Assembly: GCA_963715445.1 (NCBI GenBank)
Contig: OY970240.1
Coordinates: 2,008,839-2,072,838, forward strand
DNA: 64,000 nt
Source of the DNA: an uncultured Solirubrobacterales bacterium
Lineage (GTDB): Bacteria > Actinomycetota > Thermoleophilia > Solirubrobacterales > Thermoleophilaceae
Direction of reading: 5' to 3'
Shown here: piece after piece, positions 10,152 through 18,963 of the stretch
Layout: each line of letters begins with the position of its first letter
Numbering within the stretch: position 1 is the first letter of the stretch
Translations under genes and position numbers: made by a program
The notes under the pieces: model-generated
What the model was told of the DNA's origin: nothing
Database searches by the model: none
What the model saw: only the letters and a program-made list of their open reading frames with translations

Positions 10152-10166
10152 TGAGAATAATTCTCA
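10152..10166. promoter_or_regulatory. 7-1-7 palindrome TGAGAAT-A-ATTCTCA, Zur (Fur-family) box candidate
   Basis: Perfect AT-rich palindrome in the 139-bp divergent CDF/ZnuA intergenic region. Resembles the actinobacterial Zur consensus TGAAAATGATTTTCA. Confidence 0.6.
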
Positions 10167-10181
10167 GTATGTTCTCTCGCC

Positions 10182-11117
10182 ATGAGCTCGCTCCGCATTC
10201 TGCTCGCGCTGCTCTGCGCTCTCCTGCTCGGGCTCTTCGCTGCGGGCTGTGGAAGCGACGAGAGCTCTTCGAGCGGGGCGGAGGTCAGCGCCGTGGCCAC
10301 CAGCACGCAGGTCGGGGACCTGGTGCGCAACGTCGGCGGCGACCGGGTGGAGGTCCACCAGCTGCTCGAGCCCAACTCGGATCCCCACTCCTACGAGCCG
10401 CGCCCGAGTGACGCGACGGCCGTGGGGGGCGCTGACGTGACCTTCCGCTCGGGTGGCGATCTGGACGAGTGGCTCGGGGACCTGATCGAGGCGGCCGGGG
10501 GCGATGGGGAGATCGTGGAGCTGATCGACTCCGTGAGGACGATCGACGGTGACGAGGACGTGGACCCCCACTGGTGGCAGGACCCGCGCAACGCGGTTCT
10601 CGCCGCCAACGCGATCCGGGACACGCTGGTGCGGCTCGATCCCGCGGGCCGCAGCGAGTACCGCAGGAACGCGTCGAGGTACGTGGCTCGCCTCGAGCGG
10701 CTCGACGCCGACGTGGCGGCCTGCCTGAACGAGGTGCCCCGTAGGCAGCGCAAGCTCGTCACCACGCACGACGCGCTCGGCTACTTCGCGGATCGCTACG
10801 ACCTCGCGGTGGTGGGCGCGCTGATTCCCTCGCTATCGACTGCGGCGCAGCCCTCCGCGCTCGACACGACGCGGCTCATCGAGCAGATCGAGGAGGAGGG
10901 CGTGGAGGCGATCTTCCCCGAGAGCTCGCTCAGCCCGAAGCTCGAGCGAGCGGTGGCGGACGGGTCAGGCGCGAGCGTTGGGCGCGCGCTGTGGGCGGAC
11001 ACGCTCGGCCCGGAGGGATCCGGCGGCGACACCTACATCGGCTCGATCCAGTCGAACACCGAGTCGCTCGTCGAGGGCCTCAGCGACGGCGCCGCGCAGT
11101 GCCGGCCAAGGGCCTGA
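10182..11117 (+). CDS. Metal ABC transporter substrate-binding lipoprotein (ZnuA/TroA family)
   Basis: Lipobox LFAAGC, then DPHSYEP, DPHWWQDP, LVTTHDALGYFADRY. Confidence 0.85.
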   Translation: MSSLRILLALLCALLLGLFAAGCGSDESSSSGAEVSAVATSTQVGDLVRNVGGDRVEVHQLLEPNSDPHSYEPRPSDATAVGGADVTFRSGGDLDEWLGDLIEAAGGDGEIVELIDSVRTIDGDEDVDPHWWQDPRNAVLAANAIRDTLVRLDPAGRSEYRRNASRYVARLERLDADVAACLNEVPRRQRKLVTTHDALGYFADRYDLAVVGALIPSLSTAAQPSALDTTRLIEQIEEEGVEAIFPESSLSPKLERAVADGSGASVGRALWADTLGPEGSGGDTYIGSIQSNTESLVEGLSDGAAQCRPRA

Positions 11118-11131
11118 GAGCGGGGCGAGCC

Positions 11132-11584
11132 TCAGCCCGCGGCGCGGCAGGCCGGGCACTCGCCGTGGAGCGTCACGTCGTGTGCGGCGACGGTGAAGGC
11201 GGTCTTCTCCGCGAGCGTGTGGATTGCCTGCTCGAGCGCATCGTCCTCGAACTGCTCGACGGTCCCGCAGCTGTTGCAGACGATGTGGTGATGGTGCTCG
11301 CCGCCGGGAAGGGCGGGCTCGAAGCGGGCGACTCCCTCGCCGACGTCGAAGCGCTGCACGAGGCCCAGGCGGTCGAGCAGGTCGAGCGCGCGGTAGATGC
11401 TCGCGAGGCCCACGCCGCTGCGACGCTCGCGCAGCAGGTCGGCGATCTCCCTGGCGGTGACGCTGCAGCCGAGCTCGGCGACCGCGTCGATCACCTCTTC
11501 GCGCGGTGCGCTGGCGCGGTAGCCGGCCTGGGCAAGGGTCTGCACGGTGTGCTCGGTCCAGCTCTGGCCTGTCGCGGCGATCAT
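11132..11584 (-). CDS. zur: Fur family transcriptional regulator (probable Zur)
   Basis: SIYRALDLLDRLGLVQR, HHHHIVCNSCG ... ECPAC. Zur assignment rests on the zinc-gene context. Confidence 0.75.
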   Translation of the reverse strand: MIAATGQSWTEHTVQTLAQAGYRASAPREEVIDAVAELGCSVTAREIADLLRERRSGVGLASIYRALDLLDRLGLVQRFDVGEGVARFEPALPGGEHHHHIVCNSCGTVEQFEDDALEQAIHTLAEKTAFTVAAHDVTLHGECPACRAAG

Positions 11585-11623
11585 GCCCCAAGGGTACTCA
11601 GGGAGCGCCGAGTGGCCTGTACG

Positions 11624-11959
11624 ATGGGCCTCGTGACCGGTCGTGATCAGCGCCTGCTGGTGGTGCTAGCGCTCCTCTCCTCTCTGTGCCTGCTCGCAGA
11701 GGCCGCGGGGATGCTCTCGCCGGAGCTGCTCTACGCGGCGCCGCTGCTGCTGGCGTTGCCGCTGCTCATGGGCCGCTACGTCGGTGAGGAGCTGATCTCG
11801 CGGCGCGCAAGGGCCGTTCGCACGCGCCGTCAAGCTCCGCCCCGGCTCTCCGTGCCCGCCGTTGCGCGCCGTGCCCTGCTCTCGGTGCCGCGCGGTGGCA
11901 GGCTGATCGCGGACTCGCTCGCGGTGCGCCCGCCGCCCTCGCTGCTCGTAGCCAGCTAG
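11624..11959 (+). CDS. Small hypothetical membrane protein
   Basis: ATG at 11624 inside shadow ORF 10991..11959. Two hydrophobic segments (LLVVLALLSSLCLLAEAAG, LYAAPLLLALPLLMG). Confidence 0.4.
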   Translation: MGLVTGRDQRLLVVLALLSSLCLLAEAAGMLSPELLYAAPLLLALPLLMGRYVGEELISRRARAVRTRRQAPPRLSVPAVARRALLSVPRGGRLIADSLAVRPPPSLLVAS

Positions 11960-12025
11960 GTCTCCCGCACAGCGCCGTCGCGCTCCTGCGGGGGCCGACT
12001 CAACGCTGCTTCGAGGAGGTCTCGC

Positions 12026-12706
12026 ATGTCCTGCTTCCGCGGTGTGGTCGTGGCGGCGCTCTTGGCGCTCATCGCGACCCCGGCCGCCTTCGCCCACGGC
12101 GGAGGCGGCACCGATTACAGCTCGAAGATCCGGTCGGTAACCCCGGCCGTCTCCGGGCTGCGCGTGCACGTCCTCGATCGGGACGACCGCCTCGAGCTGC
12201 GCAACCGGAGCGGGCGCACCGCGGTGGTGGAGGGCTACAGCCGCGAGCCGTACATCCGACTGGGCGGGGATGGAACGGTCGAGGTGAACCGTCGCTCCCC
12301 GGCGCTCTACCTGAACGAGGACCGCCTCGGCGCGACCGACGTGCCGCCGTCGGCAGACGAGCGGGCCGCGCCCCAGTGGAAGCGCGTGAGCGACTCCGGC
12401 AGGTACACCTGGCACGACCACCGCATCCACTGGATGGGCGCGAAACGGCCGGACCAGGTGCGGGATCCGGGTGTGCGCACGAAGATCTTCGACTGGAAGG
12501 TGCCGCTGCGAGTCGGCGCTCGCAAGGGGGAGATCGCCGGCACGCTGCTCTGGGTCGGCCGGCCGGGACAGAGCTTTCCGCTCGGGGCCGGCATCGGGCT
12601 CGCCGTGGCGATCCTCGGCGGGCTGGCGCTGGTGATCGTCGTGCGCCGCAGACGGCGGTTGGGTTCGAGTGGCGCTGCGTCGCAGCCTGAGCGGGAGGCG
12701 TGGTGA
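12026..12706 (+). CDS. Secreted, C-terminally membrane-anchored protein of unknown function (copper-cluster associated)
   Basis: Signal peptide ending AAFA followed by HGGGG. C-terminal TM LAVAILGGLALVIVV plus RRRRR. GAGGAGG RBS upstream. Overlaps the CopCD start. Confidence 0.65.
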   Translation: MSCFRGVVVAALLALIATPAAFAHGGGGTDYSSKIRSVTPAVSGLRVHVLDRDDRLELRNRSGRTAVVEGYSREPYIRLGGDGTVEVNRRSPALYLNEDRLGATDVPPSADERAAPQWKRVSDSGRYTWHDHRIHWMGAKRPDQVRDPGVRTKIFDWKVPLRVGARKGEIAGTLLWVGRPGQSFPLGAGIGLAVAILGGLALVIVVRRRRRLGSSGAASQPEREAW

Positions 12707-14463
12707 AGCTCACGCGCGCTCGCGGCATCCTGGGGACGCTGGCCTGTGCCGGATGCGCGGTCCTGGCCGCCCTTCCTGCGGATGCTGCCGCGCACGCGGT
12801 CCTCGAGAGCGCTCAGCCCGCCCGCGGAGCCGCGCTGGAACGTGCGCCGAAGCAGGTCTCGCTCAGCTTCAACGAGCCGATCGAGTCGAGCTTCGGGGCG
12901 CTGCGCGTGTTCAACGCCGACGGTGAGCGTGTGGATCGAGGGAGCGCCCAGCGCCCCTCCGGCAGTGCGATCTCCGTGCAGCTGAGGAACGGCTTGTCGG
13001 ACGGGCCTTACACGGCCACCTACCGCGTCGTCTCGGCCGATTCGCATCCGGTCGTGGGCGGCTACGTCTTCACCGTCGGCAAGGCGGGCGGCCTCGCTGC
13101 CGCCTCCGTCGCCGAGCTGCTGGATGCGGAAGCGGGGCCGGTCACGGAGACCGCGTTCGGGGTGGTCAGGGCCGTTGGCTACGGCGCGATCGCGCTGCTG
13201 ATTGGCGGGCTCGTGTTCCTGACCCTCGTCTGGCTGCCCTCGCTGCGGGCCGTCGGTGGTGCTCGGGAGGGTGCGGGGGAGGCCTTCGAGCATCGAGCCG
13301 GGCGCCTGCTCGTGGGCGCCGCGCTCGCGGGCCTCTTGAGCACCGTGCTCGGAATCGTGCTGCAGGGAGCCACCGCGAGCGGCGGGTCTTTCTGGTCCGC
13401 GCTCGACACGGGCGTGATCCACGACGTGCTCAACACCCGCTTCGGCACCGTGTGGAAGCTGCGCGTCACGGCTTTCGGGCTGCTCGTGCCGCTGCTGCTC
13501 TACCTGCCCGCTCTGCGTGGAAGGCGCGAGGTGAAACGCGAGGCGGCGCTCGAGCTGCTGCGGAACGTGGCGCTCGTCCTGGCGCTCGCCTACCTGGCCG
13601 TCTCGCCGGCGCTCGCGGGCCACGCCGCCGCGGGCGATCAGGCCGCGCTGCTCGTCCCGCTTGACGTGCTGCACGTGCTCGCGATGAGCGTCTGGGTCGG
13701 CGGCGTTGCGCTGCTCGCGCTGGTGGTGCCTGTAGCGACGCGGCTGCTCGACCCGCCCGATCGGACCCGCCTGCTCGCCACGGCGGTCTCGCGGTTCTCC
13801 ACGATCGCTCTGGCTGCGGTGGTCGCGCTGCTGGCAACCGGGATCTTCCAGTCGATCCTCCACCTCGACGCGTTCGCCGACCTCGTAGACACGGCGTTCG
13901 GCAGGGCGATCCTCGTCAAGTCCTCGATCTTCGTCGCGCTGGTGGCGATCGGCGCCCACAACCGCCGCCGCTCCCAGCCCGCGCTCGCGCGGCTGGCATC
14001 GGGGGGAGAGCCTCCCGGACGCGCCGGCCTCGTGCTGCGGCGAGCGCTGCGGGCCGAGGTGGGTCTGATGGTCCTCGTCCTCGGCGTGACGGCCGCGCTC
14101 GTGAGCTACTCGCCGTCGGCCGGCGTTCAGAGCGGGCCGTTCTCCGGCACCGCCGAGCTTGGGCCGGCGCGGCTCGAGCTCACGGTCGATCCCGCACGCG
14201 TTGGCCGCAACGAAGTCCACGTCTACCTCTTCAACAGGGGCACCGGTGCGCAGTACGACCGGCCCAGCGAGCTGGCGATCAGCGCGGCCGAGCCCGAGCG
14301 CGGCATCGGGCCGCTCGAGCTCCGAGTTCGCAAGGCCGGCCCGGGTCACTACACGGCCCCGGTCGCCGAGCTGGTCCCGGGAGGCGATTGGGACCTGACC
14401 GTGCGGGCGCGGATCTCCGAGTTCGAGGAGCTGAGGGCCGAGCTGGAGGTGCCGGTCCGATGA
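12700..14463 (+). CDS. CopC-CopD fusion copper resistance/uptake protein (YcnJ-like)
   Basis: Signal peptide AAA followed by HAVLESAQP, and CopC motif YTATYRVVSADSHPVVGGYVFTV, followed by a polytopic CopD-like region and a C-terminal extracytoplasmic domain. Confidence 0.85.
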   Translation: MVKLTRARGILGTLACAGCAVLAALPADAAAHAVLESAQPARGAALERAPKQVSLSFNEPIESSFGALRVFNADGERVDRGSAQRPSGSAISVQLRNGLSDGPYTATYRVVSADSHPVVGGYVFTVGKAGGLAAASVAELLDAEAGPVTETAFGVVRAVGYGAIALLIGGLVFLTLVWLPSLRAVGGAREGAGEAFEHRAGRLLVGAALAGLLSTVLGIVLQGATASGGSFWSALDTGVIHDVLNTRFGTVWKLRVTAFGLLVPLLLYLPALRGRREVKREAALELLRNVALVLALAYLAVSPALAGHAAAGDQAALLVPLDVLHVLAMSVWVGGVALLALVVPVATRLLDPPDRTRLLATAVSRFSTIALAAVVALLATGIFQSILHLDAFADLVDTAFGRAILVKSSIFVALVAIGAHNRRRSQPALARLASGGEPPGRAGLVLRRALRAEVGLMVLVLGVTAALVSYSPSAGVQSGPFSGTAELGPARLELTVDPARVGRNEVHVYLFNRGTGAQYDRPSELAISAAEPERGIGPLELRVRKAGPGHYTAPVAELVPGGDWDLTVRARISEFEELRAELEVPVR

Positions 14464-14539
14464 CCGCTTACCGAACGACCCACGGACTTGACCGAACCCC
14501 AAACCGACTTGTCGAACCATCAACAAAGGAGAAGCAGGG

Positions 14540-15277
14540 ATGACCGATCGAAGGAGCAGTAGGACCTGGAGCAGAGCGGTGGCAGGCGCCGCGGTTGGCG
14601 CTTCGCTGACGCTGGCACTTGCGGTGCCGGCGGCGGCTCACGTGACCATCGAGCCCACCGAGGGACCGGCGGACGGGTACGCGACCCTGGGAATCCAGGT
14701 GCCCCACGGATGTGACGGCTCGGGCACGAAGGTGGTGCGCGTGAAGATCCCCAAGTCGGTGCCGAGCGCGACGCCGCAGGTGCACCCCGGCTGGGAGGTG
14801 ACGACGAAGGAAGGCGCCAAGGACCCGGTCGAGCTTCACGGCGAGAAGGTCACGAGCGGAGTGAGCGAGGTCATCTGGACGGCGCGCGAGGCGGGTCCGC
14901 TGCCCGACGGGCGCCTCGACGTGTTCGGCCTCAGCGTCAAGCTGCCCAACGGCAAGGTGGGCGACCCCGTCTACTTCCCGACGATCCAGGTGTGCGAGAA
15001 GGGGGAGACGGCGTGGATCCAGACTCCCGCCGCGCCCGGGAGCGAAGAGGCGCTCGAGTCACCGGCACCGGCCGTGGTCTTGACCACAGCTGATGGCGGT
15101 CACGGGGATGAGGGCTCTGGCGAGCACGAGGATGAGGCCGACGCTGCCGCGGCAGGCGATTCGGATGGCGACGACGGCCCGTCCGAGGGACTCGTGATCG
15201 CCGCGTTGGCCCTCGGCGGGCTCGGCTTCCTCACCGGCGTCGCCGCGCTGATCGGCGGTCGCCGCAGGGCCGCCTAG
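14540..15277 (+). CDS. ycnI: YcnI family copper-binding protein (DUF1775) with C-terminal acidic linker and TM anchor
   Basis: Signal peptide AAA followed by HVTIEPTEGPADGYATLGIQVPHGCDGS..., WIQ motif, C-terminal TM. Confidence 0.85.
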   Translation: MTDRRSSRTWSRAVAGAAVGASLTLALAVPAAAHVTIEPTEGPADGYATLGIQVPHGCDGSGTKVVRVKIPKSVPSATPQVHPGWEVTTKEGAKDPVELHGEKVTSGVSEVIWTAREAGPLPDGRLDVFGLSVKLPNGKVGDPVYFPTIQVCEKGETAWIQTPAAPGSEEALESPAPAVVLTTADGGHGDEGSGEHEDEADAAAAGDSDGDDGPSEGLVIAALALGGLGFLTGVAALIGGRRRAA

Positions 15278-15324
15278 CTGGGCGGGGGCCAACTCGGGAC
15301 ATGAGTCGAACACCCCGGAACGAC

Positions 15325-15350
15325 GAAGGGCGGCCACGTGGCCGCCCTTC
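15325..15350. terminator. Bidirectional terminator hairpin GAAGGGCGGCCAC/GTGGCCGCCCTTC
   Basis: Perfect 26-bp palindrome between the convergent ycnI and SOD genes. Confidence 0.6.
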
Positions 15351-15374
15351 GCACGTCCGGATCGAGCGGCTAGG

Positions 15375-15980
<606 letters not shown>

Positions 15981-16061
15981 TTCGGTTCCTTTCGTAGTCG
16001 CTTCGAGTCTATTCCCCGCCGCCTCGCCGGCTGATCCCCAGAGCCGTCCTCCCGAAACTGC

Positions 16062-16115
16062 TTGCAAACGCAAAGACATCTGCTAACTTTGCGTAAGCAA
16101 TAGTTGCGAATGCAA
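16062..16115. promoter_or_regulatory. Three TTGC-N4-GCAA palindromes (16062-16073, 16089-16100, 16104-16115)
   Basis: TTGCAAACGCAA, TTGCGTAAGCAA and TTGCGAATGCAA in the AT-richer divergent SOD/YceI intergenic region. Confidence 0.5.
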
Positions 16116-16137
16116 ACAAACTTCGAAGGAGATCAAA

Positions 16138-16686
16138 ATGCCGGTAGCGGAACAGCAGGTAGCAGTTGGGAATTGGACGGCCGACAAGGTCCACTCGTCG
16201 GTCGGCTTTGCGGTCAAGCACCTAGTCGTCTCGACCTTCCGCGGAACGTTCGAGGACTACGACGCCGCGCTGCAGGTGGGCGAGGACGGCTCGGCGAAGC
16301 TCGCCGGAACGGTCCGCGTGGCCAGCGTCAACGTGAAGGACGAGAACCTGGAGGCCCACCTCCAGTCGCCCGACTTCTTCGACGCCGAGCGCACCCCCGA
16401 GCTGCGCTTCGAGAGCGAGGCGTTCCAGGTGGGTGAGGGCGGTGAGCTCACGGTGAAGGGCGACCTCACCATCCGCGGGGTAACCCTCCCGGTCTCCGCG
16501 AGCGGCACCTACAGCTACATCGCTGCCGACCTCGGCGGTGCCGAGCGGATCGGCGTGGAGCTCGAGACGGTGGTCGATCGGACCAAGTACGGCCTCGAGT
16601 GGAACGCGCCGCTGCCGAAGGGCGGCTTCGCGCTCGCCAACGACGTGAAGCTCCAGGTTCACCTCGAGCTCACCCCCGAGGCCTAG
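16138..16686 (+). CDS. YceI family polyisoprenoid-binding protein
   Basis: WTADKVHSSVGFAVKHLVVSTFRGTF, ...LTIRGVT.... AAGGAG RBS upstream. Confidence 0.85.
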   Translation: MPVAEQQVAVGNWTADKVHSSVGFAVKHLVVSTFRGTFEDYDAALQVGEDGSAKLAGTVRVASVNVKDENLEAHLQSPDFFDAERTPELRFESEAFQVGEGGELTVKGDLTIRGVTLPVSASGTYSYIAADLGGAERIGVELETVVDRTKYGLEWNAPLPKGGFALANDVKLQVHLELTPEA

Positions 16687-16688
16687 CG

Positions 16689-17255
16689 ATGAGGGTTCTC
16701 GCCATATCCGGCAGCCTGCGCGAGGACTCGCACAACACGACCCTGCTCCGGGCGGCGGCGAAGCTGCTGCCGCCAGGGGTGGAGGTCGACTTCTACGACG
16801 GCCTGCGCGATATCCCGCCGTACGACCAGGATCTCGAGGACGTGGGCACGGCGCCGGCAGTGGAGCGCCTGCGCAACGCGATCGCCCGCGCCGATGCGGT
16901 GCTGGTTGCCACGCCGGAGTACAACGGGTCGATCCCAGGCTTCCTGAAGAACGCGTTCGACTGGGTCTCCCGCCCGCTCGCCACCAACACGCTTCGCAAC
17001 AAGCCCGTGGCGGTCATCGGGGCGAGCACCGGGATGTTCGGCGCGGTGTGGGCGCAGGCCGAGCTGCGCAAGGTGCTGTCGACGATCGGCGCTCGCGTGG
17101 TGGATCGCGAGCTTCCGGTGCCCGCAGCCGCTCAGGCGTTCAACGCGCGGGGCGGCCTGCGTGACCCCGAGCTCGAGTCCCAGCTGCGCGAGCTGCTGCA
17201 TGCGCTCGTCGACGAGGTCGCCGATCGCGAGCAGGTCATCGCGGCTGCCGCCTAG
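16689..17255 (+). CDS. NADPH-dependent FMN reductase
   Basis: MRVLAISGSLREDSHNTTLLRAA, ATPEYNGSIPGFLKNAFDWVSRP. ATG at 16689. Confidence 0.85.
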   Translation: MRVLAISGSLREDSHNTTLLRAAAKLLPPGVEVDFYDGLRDIPPYDQDLEDVGTAPAVERLRNAIARADAVLVATPEYNGSIPGFLKNAFDWVSRPLATNTLRNKPVAVIGASTGMFGAVWAQAELRKVLSTIGARVVDRELPVPAAAQAFNARGGLRDPELESQLRELLHALVDEVADREQVIAAAA

Positions 17256-17280
17256 CCGTGTTCGCTGCGGCAGAGCGGCC

Positions 17281-17315
17281 CCGAAAACCAGAAAGCCCGA
17301 CGAAATCGCCGGGCT
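17281..17315 (-). terminator. Rho-independent terminator downstream of tRNA-Leu
   Basis: On the minus strand: AGCCCG-loop-CGGGCT, followed by TTTCTGGTTTTCGG. Confidence 0.55.
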
Positions 17316-17322
17316 CTCGAAG

Positions 17323-17406
17323 TGCGGATGAGAGGACTCGAACCTCCAAGCCCGTTAGGGCACGGCGACCTGAACGCCGCGTGTTTACCAATTTCACCAC
17401 ATCCGC
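17323..17406 (-). tRNA. tRNA-Leu (anticodon CAG), class II with long variable arm
   Basis: Hand fold: acceptor GCGGATG/CATCCGC, 3-bp D stem, anticodon stem CGGCG/CGCCG with loop TTCAGGT, 15-nt variable arm, T loop TTCGAGT. 84 nt. Confidence 0.85.
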
Positions 17407-17419
17407 TTGAAGGACCAAT

Positions 17420-18187
17420 CTAGCGTTTGACGCCTACGTTGGCCTCCATGAGCGCAACGCTTGGTCGGCGGTACACGCGAGCCCGCTTCGCGTAGCGCCT
17501 GTACTCGACGCCCACTTGATCACAGGTCTCGCAGAAGAGAGCGAGGATGTCGGGCGAGGAGTTGGAGAACTCGTACGAAAGGTATTCATAGGGCCCGGTG
17601 CGATTGATGTACGAGCAGCCATCGCTGCGAATGCATCCACGGAGGAACCGCCAAGGATGCTGGGCGACATGACTCTGCTGCCAGGGCTCCAGCGCAATCG
17701 GCCGCCTGTGTTTTTGCCCAGGGCCGTGCTGAGGAAAGAGGCACGGAAGATGCGATGAGTAGAGGCTTAGGATCGTCATCGCGCCGTCGTGACGGTAGAG
17801 CGATGACACCTTGTTGCTGCCAAAGCAGCGCTCCAGAAGCGCGTGAGACTCCGAAACGATTTCTCCATGACGAGAATCGAGGTAGAGCCGAAAGCGCCAG
17901 GTTCGAGGCATCCGAACGAGATAGCCGTCGCCAAGGTAGAGCCCGAGAAGCTCGGAATAGTCGCCAGCGGCGAATGACATCTGACGGGCCGAGCGCCAAC
18001 AGCGCGGGCAGGCTATGCGCGGCCCTGCCATGGCTCGAGGCTCGTACCGCGGCTTGCGCCAGTCGCGGATCGTGGTTCGCGCGATGCCCGTGCGGCGGGC
18101 GACCTCGCAGTCGTTGAAACCGGCCTGGATCAGAGTCAGAGCCTGTTCGCGAACCGCGAAGGAGTGCATGGCACATATGCTTTCCAT
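17420..18187 (-). CDS. HTH plus double-motif LAGLIDADG protein (free-standing homing-endonuclease-like)
   Basis: HTH EVARRTGIARTTIRDWRK. LAGLIDADG-like motifs LLGLYLGDGYL and FLRGCIRSDGCS. Region is visibly lower in GC than its flanks. Confidence 0.7.
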   Translation of the reverse strand: MESICAMHSFAVREQALTLIQAGFNDCEVARRTGIARTTIRDWRKPRYEPRAMAGPRIACPRCWRSARQMSFAAGDYSELLGLYLGDGYLVRMPRTWRFRLYLDSRHGEIVSESHALLERCFGSNKVSSLYRHDGAMTILSLYSSHLPCLFPQHGPGQKHRRPIALEPWQQSHVAQHPWRFLRGCIRSDGCSYINRTGPYEYLSYEFSNSSPDILALFCETCDQVGVEYRRYAKRARVYRRPSVALMEANVGVKR

Positions 18188-18286
18188 CAGCGTCTCGCCG
18201 CAGGGTTACATCTGCATCAAGTGTGTAACGCGTACCACCGGTGCCCGCGATAGGCAGCGGCGGCAGGGAGTTGCTGAGGCGCCTGG

Positions 18287-18916
18287 CTAGGGCTCGCGCT
18301 TCGCGCGCCGCAGGCGCGTCTGGAACACCACGTCCCACCACGGGGCCGCCACGCCGAAGCCCTTGGTGTCGTCCTGGAAGTGGTGGCGCATGTGGAGCTC
18401 GTAGAAGAGCTTGCCGAGGCGGGTCTGCGGCTTGTGGTGGTGCAGGTGGTAGTGCGTCATGTCGTAGGCGAGGTAGCCCACGAGGAAGCCGCAGGCGAAC
18501 AGGTCGGCGCTCTGCCCCCCGATCACCAGGTGGAAGAGGCCCCAGAACCCGAGCGCCAGCGGCACGCTCACGGAGGGAGGCATGACGAGGCGCATCGGGT
18601 CGTTCGGGTGGTCGTGGTGGACGCCGTGGATGATCCAGTGGAGACGGGCGCCGATGCCATCCTCGGGCTCGAAGTGGAACACGAGGCGGTGGAGCCAGTA
18701 CTCGGTGAGCGTCCAGAAGATCCAGCCGCCCACGATCCAGGCGGTCACCTCGAGCGGAGGCGTGCCCTCCTGGCCGAGAGCGAAGGTCACCGCGATCGTC
18801 GGGATGAAGATGACCAGCGGCACCACGGGGTGCACGCGGGACAGCCTGTCGAGGATGGCCGAATCGAACATCCGCGGCGAGGCCCTGAGGGCTTCTGAGC
18901 GACGCTGGTCCATCAC
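18287..18916 (-). CDS. Fatty acid hydroxylase / sterol desaturase family membrane protein
   Basis: His boxes HRLVFH, HGVHHDHP, HYHLHHH, HMRHHF. Confidence 0.8.
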   Translation of the reverse strand: MMDQRRSEALRASPRMFDSAILDRLSRVHPVVPLVIFIPTIAVTFALGQEGTPPLEVTAWIVGGWIFWTLTEYWLHRLVFHFEPEDGIGARLHWIIHGVHHDHPNDPMRLVMPPSVSVPLALGFWGLFHLVIGGQSADLFACGFLVGYLAYDMTHYHLHHHKPQTRLGKLFYELHMRHHFQDDTKGFGVAAPWWDVVFQTRLRRAKREP

Positions 18917-18963
18917 CTGAGAATCTAGCGCCGCGCGTGGCGGTACGCCAATTTCTCAGGAAG

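Noticed and set aside
12307-14526. 739-aa minus-strand ORF antisense to copCD. Similar long shadow ORFs occur at 32036..34192, 46788..49001, 37650..38801, 60371..61774, 57343..58872 and 1745..3619.
   Set aside because: All are Arg/Gly/Pro/His-rich with no motifs, and all lie antisense or off-frame to genes with strong family signatures. They are GC-driven open frames, not genes.
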